Source: Candidatus Spongiisociaceae bacterium (GTDB lineage Bacteria > Actinomycetota > Acidimicrobiia > Spongiisociales > Spongiisociaceae). Taken from it: 64,000 nucleotides of DNA. How positions within the stretch are numbered: the stretch's first letter is position 1; each line of letters starts with the position of its first letter. The stretch covers positions 1,440,001 through 1,504,000 of the forward strand of contig CBDCOH010000002.1 of the NCBI GenBank assembly GCA_965219685.1. Direction: 5' to 3'. The position numbers and the translations under genes are program-made. Positions 62,712 through 64,000 of this stretch are shown here, in pieces. Under the pieces are notes generated by a model that was not told the DNA's origin, made no database searches, and worked only from the letters and a program-made list of their open reading frames with translations.

Positions 62712-64000
62712 TCAGATACCCAACGATCCGATCAAGTCGTCGGCGACTTGTCCAGCCTTCTCGACGAGAGGTTCCTCGAGTGCGAACGGGTCGCCCGATC
62801 CGGGAACCGGCATGTGTGCATCCACGTAGATCTTAAGCTTCGGCTCGGTCCCGCTCGGCCGCACGAGTACGCGAGTGCCGTCATCGAGGTCCAGGGATAT
62901 CAGAGAGGCCGCCCCCAACCATCTCGGACGTGACCGGGCGCCCACCCGGTAGTCGGTGGTACGGGCTACCCGGATCCCGGCCAGCCGCCCGGGTGGGGAG
63001 GTCCCCAGGTTCGCCATCGCCGTCCCGATGGCGGCCAAGCCCGCGGACCCTGGCCTCCGGACACTCCTCTGAACCGAGACCCAGAGCCCGTAGCGCCTGT
63101 AGAGGGCGGCCAGCCGCTCGCGCAGGGTCCGTCCACCCCCGCGACACAGGGCTGCGAGATCGGCCATCGCCAGAGCGGCCGACACACCGTCCTTGTCGCG
63201 TACAGCCGGACCGATCGAGTAGCCGAGCGCCTCCTCGAATCCGAACACGAACTCCGCCGCGCCGGCGGCCTCGATTTCGAGGGCGGCGTTGGCGATCCAC
63301 TTGAACCCGGTGAGGGTGGTCTCGAAGCGCGCTCCGTGGTGGGCGGCGATGACCCCGGCCATCGGTGAGCTGACGATCGAGTTGATGAGGAGCGGTGTGA
63401 CCCCATCGCAGCGGCGCGAGAGCAGGTAGTCGCCCAGGAGCACGCCCACCTGATTCCCGGTGAGCGAGAACCAACCTTCCGGGCCGGGTACCGCCACTGC
63501 AAGGCGATCAGCATCGGGATCGTTGGCGAGCACGAGGTCGGCATCTACCCGTTCCGCCAGGCTCAACGCGAGGTCGAGAGCGCCCGGCTCCTCAGGGTTG
63601 GGAAAGTCCACGGTTGGGAAAGCACCGTCCGGTTCCATCTGCTCCCGCACCGGATGGACATCGTGGTAACCGGCTTCCTCCAGTACTTCGCGGACGAAGC
63701 GCCAACCGACGCCGTGCATCGGGGTATACACGATCCGGAGGCTCGGATCACCGGCGCTCCCGGACCGGCCACTCGCGAGCGTCCTCCGGTAACGCTGCCA
63801 CAACTGCTTCCCGGTCGGGACCGCGCCCGGGTGGACACCATCCAATGCCTCCCCTAACCGCGGCACATCTCTCGCCCCACCTACCCGGTCGATGGCAGCG
63901 GAAATGGCCGAGTCGACCGGAGGGACGATCTGAGCGCCGTTGGCGTCGTAGACCTTGTAGCCGTTGTCCCGGGGGGGATTGTGGCTGGCAGTGATCATCA
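62712..64000 (-). CDS. Phospho-sugar mutase (PGM/PMM), 5'-truncated by the window edge
   Basis: ITASHNP, NDPDADR, FEEALG, RPSGTEPKLK. Confidence 0.93.
   Translation of the reverse strand, partial: MITASHNPPRDNGYKVYDANGAQIVPPVDSAISAAIDRVGGARDVPRLGEALDGVHPGAVPTGKQLWQRYRRTLASGRSGSAGDPSLRIVYTPMHGVGWRFVREVLEEAGYHDVHPVREQMEPDGAFPTVDFPNPEEPGALDLALSLAERVDADLVLANDPDADRLAVAVPGPEGWFSLTGNQVGVLLGDYLLSRRCDGVTPLLINSIVSSPMAGVIAAHHGARFETTLTGFKWIANAALEIEAAGAAEFVFGFEEALGYSIGPAVRDKDGVSAALAMADLAALCRGGGRTLRERLAALYRRYGLWVSVQRSVRRPGSAGLAAIGTAMANLGTSPPGRLAGIRVARTTDYRVGARSRPRWLGAASLISLDLDDGTRVLVRPSGTEPKLKIYVDAHMPVPGSGDPFALEEPLVEKAGQVADDLIGSLGI

Overview
High-GC actinobacterial chromosome segment. Mycothione reductase, WhiB, DUF3107 and many leaderless TANNNT promoters support this, and the gene style suggests Acidimicrobiia (inference). 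The left half (1-30.5 kb) is accessory and catabolic. It holds a peptide-type ABC importer, two paralogous phosphotriesterase-homology proteins, amidohydrolases, a ThDP decarboxylase, aminotransferases, a P450 and a PspC/LiaF two-component module. It also has several lower-GC inserts: a TPR-TM + PP2C pair, an AbiEii-type TA pair, a DUF262 + HEPN pair bracketed by a partial mtr duplication, and decayed TA remnants. The right half is housekeeping: atp operon, glyA, tsaC-prmC-prfA-rpmE-rho-thrC-hom-lysA, tRNA-Arg, Ku, whiB1, prs-glmU-tRNA-Gln-ispE-rsmA-tatD-rsmI, gabD and a phosphosugar mutase. The most notable signals are (1) about 8 intergenic heptamer-repeat loci with a consistent G/T-rich-left, C/A-rich-right inverted layout that abut stop codons; (2) a radical SAM gene with an in-frame UGA (C-U-A-E-P tail) and a SECIS-like hairpin; (3) an integrase-free defence cassette flanked by a synonymously diverged mtr 5' copy; (4) two adjacent unannotated structured RNAs upstream of ku; and (5) Rex/CRP-type operators at atp and whiB1. 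All calls come from motif recognition by eye; no database searches were run.
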